The notes under the pieces were generated by a model. It was not told where the DNA came from, did not search any database, and saw only the letters and a list, made by a program, of their open reading frames with translations. 64,000 nucleotides of DNA from Psychromonas arctica (lineage in GTDB: Bacteria; Pseudomonadota; Gammaproteobacteria; Enterobacterales; Psychromonadaceae): positions 390,549 through 454,548 of the forward strand of contig NZ_JBAHZA010000002.1 of the NCBI RefSeq assembly GCF_036697365.1. Direction: 5' to 3'. Shown in pieces: positions 31,696 through 41,723 of this stretch (within the stretch, counting starts at the first letter, position 1; the number at the start of each line of letters is the position of its first letter). Both the position numbers and the translations under genes were made by a program.

Positions 31696-32403
31696 TTAAC
31701 GTCTTATTTGGCGCGGAGAGAGTTGATAAAATTGAGAGAATCGGCGACTAAAAGCCGAGATATCACTGTAACCTACTTGTTCTGATATTAATTGTACCGG
31801 GATATCGGTGTGCGTTAACAAGGCTTTAGCTTTTTCCATTCTTTGTTCGGTAATATATTGCAATACACTTTGACCGATGCACTGTTTAAATACCTTTTTA
31901 AATTGAGTTGGACTAAGACAAGCCAACTGTGCAAGTTGATTAACATGTAAAGGTTGAGAAAGATCATCTGAAATGCTCTGCAAAACAGCTCGAATTCTAG
32001 GGTCTATTTGTTCTCCAGCTATTTGTTCTGATAACAATTTACTAAACATTTCAATCATCATTTTCTCTAATGACTGATCAACTTTATGCTGCAATTGCTG
32101 CTCAATAAATAGCAAATAACTACGTAACGGCGCTGACATAGCAAAAACAGAAGAGCTCATACTCAATAAATTATCTGGGAGATGGTTAAGGTCAGCAACA
32201 ATAAAACGTGCACTCTCATTGGCTTTAAACAGATGAAAAACTTGTGCGGGTATTACCACACATTCACCAACTGATACCTTACCCGTATAACCTTCTAGCT
32301 CAATAATAATTGTTCCAATAATGGGCAGAACTAACTGATGATAGCAGTGTACATGCCCTTTTTGTTGTTTGCTGTAAGCGCGAATACTCAGGTTATCTTG
32401 CAT
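31696..32403 (-). CDS. AraC family transcriptional regulator (cupin + AraC HTH)
   Basis: C-terminal AraC HTH signature (GYSDISAFSRRFSQFYQLSPRQ). Confidence 0.8.
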   Translation of the reverse strand: MQDNLSIRAYSKQQKGHVHCYHQLVLPIIGTIIIELEGYTGKVSVGECVVIPAQVFHLFKANESARFIVADLNHLPDNLLSMSSSVFAMSAPLRSYLLFIEQQLQHKVDQSLEKMMIEMFSKLLSEQIAGEQIDPRIRAVLQSISDDLSQPLHVNQLAQLACLSPTQFKKVFKQCIGQSVLQYITEQRMEKAKALLTHTDIPVQLISEQVGYSDISAFSRRFSQFYQLSPRQIRR

Positions 32404-33365
32404 TAATCACTCACTTCCACTTCATTGCTATCAACTGCATTTTTAACACCAAAGGGGATATGTACAGAAGGCGCAACCGTACTTGTTGAACTTAAATGAC
32501 CGGATTGGTCATCAAAGAAAATATGTGGCTTTAATACACCAAGGATCAAGCCTTTATCAACACCACCTAAGAAAAAAGCATCGTTGGTCATTACGCCCCA
32601 CTCTTTTAAAGTATTTAAGGCTCTTTCATGGGAAGGCGCATTACGCGCAGTGACAATCGATACACGTAAACGATTACGATAGGCGGGATCATTCTTTTTT
32701 TTATTTTCTTCAATTTTTTGAATGGCAGACACTTTCACTAAGAATTCTTTTAACGGCCCCGGATTATGCGGCTGTAAAACATTCTTTGTTTCATGTTCAT
32801 GAAACTGATTCAAATCATTCGTCTTATGCATCACGGTTTCTGATTCATCATCTGCTAGCACTCCATCAAAATCGAAGGCGATACGGAGATCATCATCGTC
32901 GTCATCAATTATTGCAGATTTCATGACATGCCCGGCTGGATAACCTAGTCTAATCGCCTCTTTTACATCAGAAGAATTTCCCGATAAAAACAAAGAAATA
33001 CTTAAAGCGGGAATATACTGATATGGTGACTTGCCTTGCATGAATATCGCTCGTGTAATGGGTAGATTATGATGTTTAATCGACTTCATGACACGTAACC
33101 CCGTATCGGGATCGTTACGCGATAACAACACAACTTCAACCAATGGATCAGACTTCGGATCATCAGTTAAATTATTAAGTGACAATAAACGTTTAACAAA
33201 TGAAAACGATGGTCCTTTTGGTAAAGGCACATCAACCTTCTCTGTTTGATATTTACGGTATTCTTCTTCCCCTTTAGTACGAAAGACTGTATCAGACTCA
33301 GTTAAATCAAACATCGCACTCGAAGCAACACCAATCACTAAACGGTTACCTAATTCATAAGGCAT
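32403..33365 (-). CDS. 5'-nucleotidase of the cN-IA-like family (Pfam 5-nucleotidase, PF06189)
   Basis: HAD-like DxDGV motif (RIAFDFDGVLADDESE). N-terminus MPYELGNRLVIGVASSAMFDL matches the bacterial cN-IA-like family. Start chosen at the ATG at 33365, which has a GGAG RBS. The gene overlaps the AraC gene by 1 nt. Confidence 0.55.
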   Translation of the reverse strand: MPYELGNRLVIGVASSAMFDLTESDTVFRTKGEEEYRKYQTEKVDVPLPKGPSFSFVKRLLSLNNLTDDPKSDPLVEVVLLSRNDPDTGLRVMKSIKHHNLPITRAIFMQGKSPYQYIPALSISLFLSGNSSDVKEAIRLGYPAGHVMKSAIIDDDDDDLRIAFDFDGVLADDESETVMHKTNDLNQFHEHETKNVLQPHNPGPLKEFLVKVSAIQKIEENKKKNDPAYRNRLRVSIVTARNAPSHERALNTLKEWGVMTNDAFFLGGVDKGLILGVLKPHIFFDDQSGHLSSTSTVAPSVHIPFGVKNAVDSNEVEVSD

Positions 33366-33650
33366 AGTAAAACTCCACAGATTAATATTAGCCATTAATA
33401 GCAATCACAATAAATGGCTTATTTATTGGTATAACTCACTAACTAAATGAGAAAAACTCAAAAAGAAAAATACTATTTACGCTTATTATGCGAACCTAAG
33501 AGAAAATAAACAGGATTATTACGAATAATAAAAAATCATCTCAAACCGTCACACAATAAATGTTCCTTTTTACAATCAATCTAGCGCTGAATATTAACCA
33601 CGATTAATGTATTATGTCGCGCATATATTCCCCGACATAAAAGAATTTTC

Positions 33651-35249
33651 ATGGCTATTCAACAATTCGATAACGAACTCACTATTATGCGTACTGCTAA
33701 CACTGATGTAGCGGCGCCTGTTATTGAGGGTTTATCTTCTTCTAGCATCATACTCTCCACGCTCAACTCTAAATATATCCACTCCAGTTTAGGGCTACGT
33801 TACTTATATGCTAATTTAAAAGATTTACAGCCGAATTGTGAAGTTAAAGAGTTTGTTATTCATACACGTCCTCTGGACATTGTAGAGCAAATACTCGCAA
33901 CGAACCCTACTATAGTAGGCTTTGGTGTGTATATATGGAATATTATTGAGACGACCAATGTCGTTAGCTTATTAAAAGTAATCGCACCTAATGTAAAAAT
34001 TGTATTAGGTGGTCCAGAAGTAAGCTATGAATCTGAATCACAACCTATAGTGCAAACTGCCGATTATGTATTAACTGGCGAAGCTGATATCAGCTTTTAC
34101 GATTTATGCAGGGATATCTTAAGTGATAATGCCCCTGATACTAAGGTCATGAAATCTAAACCAGTAGATTTAAAAGACTTAGCAATGCCCTATCAATATT
34201 ACAGCGATGAAGATTTAAAGAATCGATTATTGTATGTAGAGGCATCACGAGGCTGTCCTTTTAAATGTGAGTTCTGCTTATCTTCTTTAGATACAAAATC
34301 AAACCCTTATGAATTAACCGTTTTCTTACAACAAATGGAAACCTTGTATCAACGCGGTGCGCGTAACTTTAAATTTATTGATAGAACCTTTAATTTAGAC
34401 ATTAAAACGTCTTTACAAATTATGCAATTCTTCTTGGATAGAATGACAGACGACCTTTATCTACACTTTGAAGTAGTACCTGATCATTTACCAAGAAAAC
34501 TGAAAGAGATGCTGGCTTTATTCCCTGAAAATACTCTGCAGTTTGAAATTGGAATACAGACTTTTGATCAAGAAGTGCAAACGAATATCAGCCGTAAGCA
34601 AAATAATCCAAAATCAAAAGAAAATTTAATCTGGTTGAAAGAAAATACCACTGCACACATCCACGCAGATTTAATCTTCGGATTACCTGGTGAAACATTT
34701 GAGACATTTAAAGATAGCTTCGATCAACTGTACGCTTGTAAACCACATGAAATTCAAATGGGTATTTTAAAGCGCCTTAAAGGTAGCCCAATTATTAGGC
34801 ATACAGAGAACTTCGATCTTCGCTTTAACCCGCTACCACCTTTTAATATATTAAGTACCGATCGCGTTGACTTTGCGACGATGCAATTGGTGAATCGTTT
34901 TGCGCGTTACTGGGATATGATTGGTAATTCAGGTCGGTTCAAGCACACTCTCGACCTATTACTTGCAGATAAGCCCTTCGATAACTTTATGGCTATCTCT
35001 AACTGGATTTTTGAAGAAACCGGTCAAACACATAAGATTAACTTAAAGCGACTTTATGAATTAATCTCTCAGTCAGTGGTAACACTTTTCCCTGAGCAAC
35101 ATTCAGTGGTACTGGTACAACTTGAAAAGGACTACCAAGCTTCAGGATTAAAAAGTATCTTTAACACACTAAACCTTTACCAAGCTCGAATAAAAGACAC
35201 CAATAAACCAAGTAAATTGCTACAACGCCAGAAACAGCACATGAGCTAA
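33651..35249 (+). CDS. B12-binding domain radical SAM protein with C-terminal DUF4080
   Basis: CxxxCxxC radical SAM motif (GCPFKCEFC), preceded by a B12-binding-like N-terminal domain. 532 aa. Confidence 0.8.
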   Translation: MAIQQFDNELTIMRTANTDVAAPVIEGLSSSSIILSTLNSKYIHSSLGLRYLYANLKDLQPNCEVKEFVIHTRPLDIVEQILATNPTIVGFGVYIWNIIETTNVVSLLKVIAPNVKIVLGGPEVSYESESQPIVQTADYVLTGEADISFYDLCRDILSDNAPDTKVMKSKPVDLKDLAMPYQYYSDEDLKNRLLYVEASRGCPFKCEFCLSSLDTKSNPYELTVFLQQMETLYQRGARNFKFIDRTFNLDIKTSLQIMQFFLDRMTDDLYLHFEVVPDHLPRKLKEMLALFPENTLQFEIGIQTFDQEVQTNISRKQNNPKSKENLIWLKENTTAHIHADLIFGLPGETFETFKDSFDQLYACKPHEIQMGILKRLKGSPIIRHTENFDLRFNPLPPFNILSTDRVDFATMQLVNRFARYWDMIGNSGRFKHTLDLLLADKPFDNFMAISNWIFEETGQTHKINLKRLYELISQSVVTLFPEQHSVVLVQLEKDYQASGLKSIFNTLNLYQARIKDTNKPSKLLQRQKQHMS

Positions 35250-35629
35250 TGTACACAAGACAAACAAGAACCAGACAGCTATTGAATATCCGCTTGAAGC
35301 AGTTTTCAACGATTATTCAGTGCTGTCTGAGTAAGTGCTTTTGCTGCTAACAAGAGTAATTTTAAACAGTTCATACTCGCTATTTTCCTCTACATCAATT
35401 CAATATATCTGCTTCAACAGGCCTAATCCTCTCTGTAATAACACCCCATTTAATAACACCAAAAAAACAACAATTGACTCCTACATTCCTACTTAACATT
35501 TTTGTCTATTTTCTATAAAAACAGTACGTTAACTGTGCAATTTAGTTTGCAAAATCTGATCGGCTAATAGCAAATTGTTACTTTTTGTGAAGCCTTTCTT
35601 ACCTTATAGAAATGAATGAAAGGAAGAAA

Positions 35630-36442
35630 ATGATTACTTTTAACGCATTAAATTTAAACAAACACACGCTAAACGAGTTAACCAATATAAAATCCACATT
35701 TTATCGACAAGGCTTTGTATTAATAGATACCAGCTCTATTGAGGATAAAGATAAAATATCCCCTATTGCAGCAGCATTAAACTTAGGCGATGCAGCGACA
35801 ACCTATTACAACAAAACCTACTTTGACTACAAGCTAACAACAGACAATATGGCTGTAATTGGCAACCTTCCCAATAGAAAAGGTCAAATTAACCATGAAG
35901 GTTTTGAAAGTAATAATGCTCAAGGATTACACGTAGACGGGACTATTGAACCGTTAGGATCCATACAAACATCACTTTTATATTGCAAACAACCTGCCAA
36001 AGTCGGTGGTGAAAGTATTGTCTTCAACCTGATTGGAGCCATTAATCACTTAGCCAAAAAAGATTTATCTCTCATTCAACCTTTATTTGATCCAAATGCA
36101 CTCAAAAGAGCCTCAACCTATGAAGGTATCAATGAGAGTCATACTGGTCCTATCCTAGGCTACCACCCAGAAACAAAGAGGTTGATTGCTCGATTTGCAA
36201 TAAACATTACCTGCCAGTGGCAAGATGGATTTAACAAAGTACCTGGCTTGCACAGAACTGTTGCTCAACTCTTTGACATGGCAAAGGAAGGCTCACCTTT
36301 TACCGCTAAGTTTCAATTACAAAGCGGAACATTAATGGTGATGGATAATAGCCGAATTTGCCATGGTCGAGCGGCTTATAAGGATTGCATTGATAATCCA
36401 CGGACTATGATTAGAGGTATTTACTCAAAATTACCTAGTTAG
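35630..36442 (+). CDS. TauD/TfdA-like Fe(II)/2-oxoglutarate dioxygenase (putative)
   Basis: HxD (LHVDGT) with a distal His (ICHGRAAY). Start chosen at the ATG with an AAAGGAAG RBS. The ORF track starts at 35612. Confidence 0.45.
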   Translation: MITFNALNLNKHTLNELTNIKSTFYRQGFVLIDTSSIEDKDKISPIAAALNLGDAATTYYNKTYFDYKLTTDNMAVIGNLPNRKGQINHEGFESNNAQGLHVDGTIEPLGSIQTSLLYCKQPAKVGGESIVFNLIGAINHLAKKDLSLIQPLFDPNALKRASTYEGINESHTGPILGYHPETKRLIARFAINITCQWQDGFNKVPGLHRTVAQLFDMAKEGSPFTAKFQLQSGTLMVMDNSRICHGRAAYKDCIDNPRTMIRGIYSKLPS

Positions 36443-36476
36443 TTTTCAACAAGGTCATTGCTAACTATCACAATCT

Positions 36477-36505
36477 AAAGCACGCGTTTACTGTCGTGCT
36501 TTTTC
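36477..36505 (+). terminator. rho-independent terminator
   Basis: aaagcacg-cgtttactgt-cgtgcttttt. Confidence 0.6.
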
Positions 36506-36757
36506 ATTGGTCGGTAATACAATTCCATTCAATTACCCCACCTTTTCATATGACGCAGCCTTTTACACCTATCAGTTTGATTGGAAATAACCATAGCAAA
36601 AACACGATATGTCATGGACAAACCTATCAATAAGGCATAAATTGAACACATCTTAATAATAACTATTATCATTAAATGGCGATATTATTTCTTTATGACA
36701 AGCATAAAACAAAATAGCTAACAGAATATAAGCACTACACATTAAATTGGGTGAATT

Positions 36758-38275
36758 ATGAATAAAAAAACAATACTTATGATTTTAGATGGCTGGGGCA
36801 CTTCACCAGATCCTAAAGTATCAGCACCAGACAATGCGAACATTCCATTTTTAGATTCTTTATATAAAGATTACCCTAATGCCTCATTACGCACTGACGG
36901 AGAACATGTTGGTTTACCGACGGGTCAAATGGGTAATAGTGAAGTTGGGCATATGAACCTTGGCGCAGGACGCATTGTGTACCAAGACTTAGCAAAAATT
37001 AACATGGCAGTAGCAGATAACACGTTAGCAAAAGAACCTGTTTTAGTTGATGCACTGCAATATGCCAAAGATAATAACAAAGATGTACACTTCTTAGGTC
37101 TTTTAAGTGACGGTGGCGTACACTCCCACTCAAGTCATTTAAAAGGCTTTATCGACGCAGCAGAACAAGCGGGTATAAAAAACGCTTATGTTCACGCATT
37201 TTCTGATGGTCGTGATGTAGACCCTAAATCAGGAAAAGGCTCTATTGCTGATTTGCAAAACTACATTAAAAATACCAATACTCAAATAGCGTCAATCACA
37301 GGTCGCTACTACGCAATGGACAGAGACAATCGCTGGGAGCGAGTACAACTAGCTTATGATGCACTGGTTAATGGTGTTGGTGTAAAAGCCACAGATCCAA
37401 TCAGTGCAATTGAACAAAGTTATGCCGATGGTGTTACTGATGAGTTTGTTAAACCAATTATCTTAACTGATGAGCAAGCACAGCCTAAAGCAACGATTAA
37501 AAAAGATGATGTGGTTATATTCTTTAACTTCCGTACCGACCGTGGTCGTGAATTAACTCAAATGTTAAGCCAACAGGACTTTCCTGAGCAGAATACCGCT
37601 AAACTTGATTTATATTACGTAACGATTACTAACTACAGCGATGACTTTGAAAATGTAAAAGTCATCTACGACAAAGACAATATCAGTGAAACACTTGGTG
37701 AAGTATTAGAAAAAAACGGTAAAAAGCAAATTCGTATTGCCGAAACTGAAAAATACCCACACGTTACGTTTTTCTTTTCTGGTGGTCGAGAAGAGCCTTT
37801 TGAAGGCGAATCACGTATCTTAAAAAACTCACCAAAAGTAGCGACGTACGATTTAAAACCTGAAATGAGTGCATACGAATTACGTGATGCATTAGTACCA
37901 GAACTAAACAAAGGTGAAGCTGACTTTGTTTGTCTTAACTTTGCAAACGGCGATATGGTCGGTCATACAGGCATGATGGATGCAGCAATTAAAGCCTGCG
38001 AAGCAGTAGATGAATGTGTTAAAGATGTTGTTACTGCTGCGCTTGCTAATGACTACACTACATTAATTATTGCCGATCACGGTAACTGTGAAACCATGAT
38101 GAATCCAGATGGTAGTCCACATACTGCACACACAACAAACCCTGTGCCAGTAATTCTAGTGGATAAAGACCTGAAGAGTATTGAAGACGGTGTGTTAGGT
38201 GATATGGCACCAACCATATTAAAGTTAATTGGCGTAGAACAACCTGCTGCAATGACTAGACACTCACTGATTTAG
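36758..38275 (+). CDS. gpmI: 2,3-bisphosphoglycerate-independent phosphoglycerate mutase
   Basis: 505 aa. N-terminus LMILDGWG, with the SDGGVHSH and DHGN motifs of iPGM. Confidence 0.95.
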   Translation: MNKKTILMILDGWGTSPDPKVSAPDNANIPFLDSLYKDYPNASLRTDGEHVGLPTGQMGNSEVGHMNLGAGRIVYQDLAKINMAVADNTLAKEPVLVDALQYAKDNNKDVHFLGLLSDGGVHSHSSHLKGFIDAAEQAGIKNAYVHAFSDGRDVDPKSGKGSIADLQNYIKNTNTQIASITGRYYAMDRDNRWERVQLAYDALVNGVGVKATDPISAIEQSYADGVTDEFVKPIILTDEQAQPKATIKKDDVVIFFNFRTDRGRELTQMLSQQDFPEQNTAKLDLYYVTITNYSDDFENVKVIYDKDNISETLGEVLEKNGKKQIRIAETEKYPHVTFFFSGGREEPFEGESRILKNSPKVATYDLKPEMSAYELRDALVPELNKGEADFVCLNFANGDMVGHTGMMDAAIKACEAVDECVKDVVTAALANDYTTLIIADHGNCETMMNPDGSPHTAHTTNPVPVILVDKDLKSIEDGVLGDMAPTILKLIGVEQPAAMTRHSLI

Positions 38276-38299
38276 CCGAGGCGCATCAAGAGCTAACGA

Positions 38300-38326
38300 C
38301 AGGGTAGGAAACTACCCTGCTTTTAA
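38300..38326 (+). terminator. rho-independent terminator of gpmI
   Basis: cagggtag-gaaa-ctaccctg followed by cttttaat. Confidence 0.7.
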
Positions 38327-38856
38327 TGATAACCATGACATACTTCCTGAATGCCTACTTCATTTTTCATTCTCTAATTCATTTAATCTTAACAATACTA
38401 TAAGCGATAAATTCTGATTTATACTGTTTTGTAAATAGTTAAATATTACGTTAATAGACCTATAATTATTAGTAAATTGATATTCAAATACAGGCTGTAA
38501 CAATAGTATTCATAATTTTAATCTGTTCAACACAAACTAAAAAAACAAGCTGATTTTAATACCTCATAACCCTAATTCTGATTAGGCAGCCTCCAAAACA
38601 CTTCAAATAATGATTTAATTTTAAATAACCTTTATATTTAAAAAATAAATTAAATTTATTGTTTTGACTTTATTTATACTTTTTAGTAAATTTCTCGAGT
38701 TACGCACAAATGTAATAAAGCCACCAAATAATACTTTTCTCGTTTAATTGTTTACCCAAAAATATTTATACCTATTTAATAAATATTAAACGTCCAAGTA
38801 GAAATGTTTTACCCCCAAAAAATAACAACACGAACTAAACACATAAAGGAACATTT

Positions 38857-39492
38857 GTGGAACACTTCCTCATTAACATAACAAGCTACCCAACTGTTAT
38901 CTACACAACATTATTATTAATAATATTATTATTCTGGCTACTAACAGTGGTTGGTTTATTCGACATGGATATTTTAGATGTTGATATCGACTTAGACACC
39001 TCTGAAGTCGGTGGCGCACTAGGGGTGCTTGTTACATTAGGGTTAACAGGAGTACCTGTCACTTTAGTACTTAGCATACTTATTTTATATAGCTGGACAC
39101 TTTGTTCAATATTGTCACTATTTATTGGTCACTTCGATTGGGATTATGGCGTATTAACTTTCCTTTTAAATACTTTTATTTTGATCGCTACTGGTGCCCT
39201 TTCTATCCCACTTACCGCTAAAACAATTAACCCACTTAGACCACTATTTCGAGCTTTTAATCAAGGCCCTATACAAGAAACCTTAATGGGTAAAGAAGCA
39301 CGAGTACGCACTACAAAAATTGACGAAAATTCAGGTCAGATTGAATGTTCTCGTGATGGAGCTAGTTTAATACTCAACGCAAGATCAGGTAGCGCAAAAC
39401 AATATTTATACGGTGAAACAGTAATCATCATCGACTTTAAAGAAATTGACAACATGTACATTGTCGTTAGTAAACAAGAATTCAATCAATAA
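38857..39492 (+). CDS. YqiJ/NfeD-like inner-membrane protein (DUF1449, C-terminal OB-fold)
   Basis: 211 aa. Three or four TM helices, then a soluble C-terminal beta-rich domain. It sits immediately upstream of a flotillin gene, matching the E. coli yqiJ-yqiK arrangement. Confidence 0.6.
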   Translation: MEHFLINITSYPTVIYTTLLLIILLFWLLTVVGLFDMDILDVDIDLDTSEVGGALGVLVTLGLTGVPVTLVLSILILYSWTLCSILSLFIGHFDWDYGVLTFLLNTFILIATGALSIPLTAKTINPLRPLFRAFNQGPIQETLMGKEARVRTTKIDENSGQIECSRDGASLILNARSGSAKQYLYGETVIIIDFKEIDNMYIVVSKQEFNQ

Positions 39493-39507
39493 TACGGAGC
39501 TCAAACC

Positions 39508-41565
39508 ATGGATACTAGTATCTTAATAACAATAGGGACTGCGGTCCTTGCTGTCATTGCCATTATTACTTTATTGGCAATGACATTTAGTGCCTTTTAT
39601 AAAAAAATCAGCCAAGGTCATGCGATGATCGTGAATGACATGTCTTCTAAACCAAAGGTACATTTTACAGGTGGCATGGTCTTACCGGTTGTACACAAGA
39701 TGGAAATAATGAAAATTTCATTAATTACACTTGAAATCGACCGTCGTGGTAGCGATGGATTAATTTGTAAAGACAACTTACGTGCTGATATTACTGTTGC
39801 CTTTTACTTACGTGTAAATGAAACACGTGATGATGTATTGAAAGTAGCAAAAGCCATAGGTGTTGATCGAGCATCTGACAAAGATGCTGTTAACGAGTTA
39901 TTTAATGCTAAATTTTCTGAAGCATTAAAAACTGCCGGCAAAGGGATGGACTTCCTTGAGCTTTTTGAAAATCGTATGGGCTTTCGTGAAAAGATTGTCA
40001 CTGTTGTAGGTAATGATCTTAACGGTTATGTATTAGAAGATGTGGCAATTGATTACTTAGAGCAAACACCAAAATCTAGTTTAGATCCAAACAACATTTT
40101 AGACTCTGAAGGTATTCGTAAAATTACCGAAAAAACCGCAGTACAAAATATTGAAACTAACCGTTTAGAAAAAGATGAATCTCTTTCTATTACCAAAAAG
40201 AACGTAGAAACACGTGAAGCAATGTTAGCGTTAGAGCGTCAAGAAGTTGATGCAGAATCTAAACAGAAACGTGAGATAGAAACAGTAAAAGCACGTGAAG
40301 AAGCTGAAACACATAAAATTCAACAGGAAGAACGCAGCAAGTCAGAACAAGCTCAACTAGAAGCCGATGAACAAATTGCCATTCGAGACCAAGTAAAATT
40401 ACGTCAAGTTGAGATCGCAGAACAAAGTAGAGAACGTGCTGTTATTATCGAAAAAGAAAAAGTCATTCGCGCACAAGAAATGGAAATTGTGAATCGTAAA
40501 CGCGAAGTTGAATTATCAGAAATTGATAAAGAAAAAGCACTGGAAGAAGAGCGTAAAATTATTGCTCAAACAATCAGTGAAAGAATTGCAGTAGATCGTA
40601 AAGTAGCTGAAGAAGAAGAAAGAATTAAAGAAGTACAAGAAGTCTCTGAAGCTGATCGTCTAAAACAAATTACTATCATAGAAGCAGAAGCTAAAGCACA
40701 AGAAGAATTACTTCGTGTTGTCAAACAAGCTGAGGCAGATGAACAAAAAGCTGAACATAAATCTCGTGAAATTAACTTAATGGCACAAGCTAACCTTGAA
40801 GTAGCGTCTAAAGAAGCTGAATCAATTAAGAAACTAGCCGAAGGTACTCAAGCAGAACAAGCAGCGAATGGTTTAGCTGACGCAAAAGTATTAATAGCAA
40901 AAGCTGATGCAACTGAAAAAGAAGGATTAGCAAAAGTTCGAGTAGAGGAAGCGCAAGCCAAAGCAACAGAAATGACAGGTCTTGCAGAAGCTAAAGTACT
41001 TGAAGAAAAACTAACAGCTGAAGCTCGTGGTAATGAAGGATTGGGTAAAGCAGAGGCTGTTGCCAAACGTGAAGTTGGTCTGAGTGAAGCAGAAGTCTTA
41101 ACTGAAAAAGGCAGAGCAGAAGCGGTATCTAAACGTGAGATTGGTGTTAGTGAAGCAGACATTATTCGCGAGAAAGGTAAAGCTGAAGCAGATGGTCTAA
41201 TTGAAAAATTCGCTGCAATGAACAACATGAGTAAAGAAAGCAGAGAGTTTGAAGAATTCCGTATGAACCTTGAAATAGAATTCAAACAAACATTAGCTAA
41301 TATCGAAGCTAACAAAGAGATTTCAAGCGATCAAGCAAGCGTATTAGGTGCCGCACTGAAACATGCGAATATCGATATTGTAGGTGGTCAAGGTGAATAC
41401 TTTGACAAGCTGTATAAAGGTTTAGGAGCAGGTAATGCAATTAACGGTTTCTTAGAAAAGAGCCCTGTTATCCAAAGCTTGATGGAGAAATTATTGGCGG
41501 GTACCTCAAATGAAAAAGAGATAAACCAACCAATCGTAGAAACAACGAAGACACCTGAGGTTTAA
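39508..41565 (+). CDS. flotillin family protein (SPFH/Band-7, YqiK/FloT-like) with extended C-terminal EA-repeat coiled coil
   Basis: N-terminal TM helix followed by an SPFH domain (MIVNDMSSKPKVHFTGGMVLPVVHKMEIMKISLITLEIDR...). It has a long Glu/Ala/Lys-rich heptad region and tandem ~20-aa repeats (GLAEAKVLEEKLTAEA / VGLSEAEVLTEKGRAEA / IGVSEADIIREKGKAEA). Confidence 0.85.
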   Translation: MDTSILITIGTAVLAVIAIITLLAMTFSAFYKKISQGHAMIVNDMSSKPKVHFTGGMVLPVVHKMEIMKISLITLEIDRRGSDGLICKDNLRADITVAFYLRVNETRDDVLKVAKAIGVDRASDKDAVNELFNAKFSEALKTAGKGMDFLELFENRMGFREKIVTVVGNDLNGYVLEDVAIDYLEQTPKSSLDPNNILDSEGIRKITEKTAVQNIETNRLEKDESLSITKKNVETREAMLALERQEVDAESKQKREIETVKAREEAETHKIQQEERSKSEQAQLEADEQIAIRDQVKLRQVEIAEQSRERAVIIEKEKVIRAQEMEIVNRKREVELSEIDKEKALEEERKIIAQTISERIAVDRKVAEEEERIKEVQEVSEADRLKQITIIEAEAKAQEELLRVVKQAEADEQKAEHKSREINLMAQANLEVASKEAESIKKLAEGTQAEQAANGLADAKVLIAKADATEKEGLAKVRVEEAQAKATEMTGLAEAKVLEEKLTAEARGNEGLGKAEAVAKREVGLSEAEVLTEKGRAEAVSKREIGVSEADIIREKGKAEADGLIEKFAAMNNMSKESREFEEFRMNLEIEFKQTLANIEANKEISSDQASVLGAALKHANIDIVGGQGEYFDKLYKGLGAGNAINGFLEKSPVIQSLMEKLLAGTSNEKEINQPIVETTKTPEV

Positions 41566-41723
41566 TTAACCTCTTCCTACTCAGTACTTAATCGTTTAAT
41601 AAGGAATGTTCATATTCAACCAACCTGATTAAACGATTACCTGAGTAGCGATTCATTTAATATATTTACATATAGTCAGAGCCCTGCTCTGACTTGTCAA
41701 TTAAAGCTGTTTAGGAAGTAATT

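Noticed and set aside
40848-41315. 155-aa minus-strand ORF inside the flotillin gene
   Set aside because: It is a low-complexity Ser/Ala/Leu translation of the antisense strand of the EA-repeat coding region, with no RBS context. It is an artefact of repetitive GC-skewed sequence.
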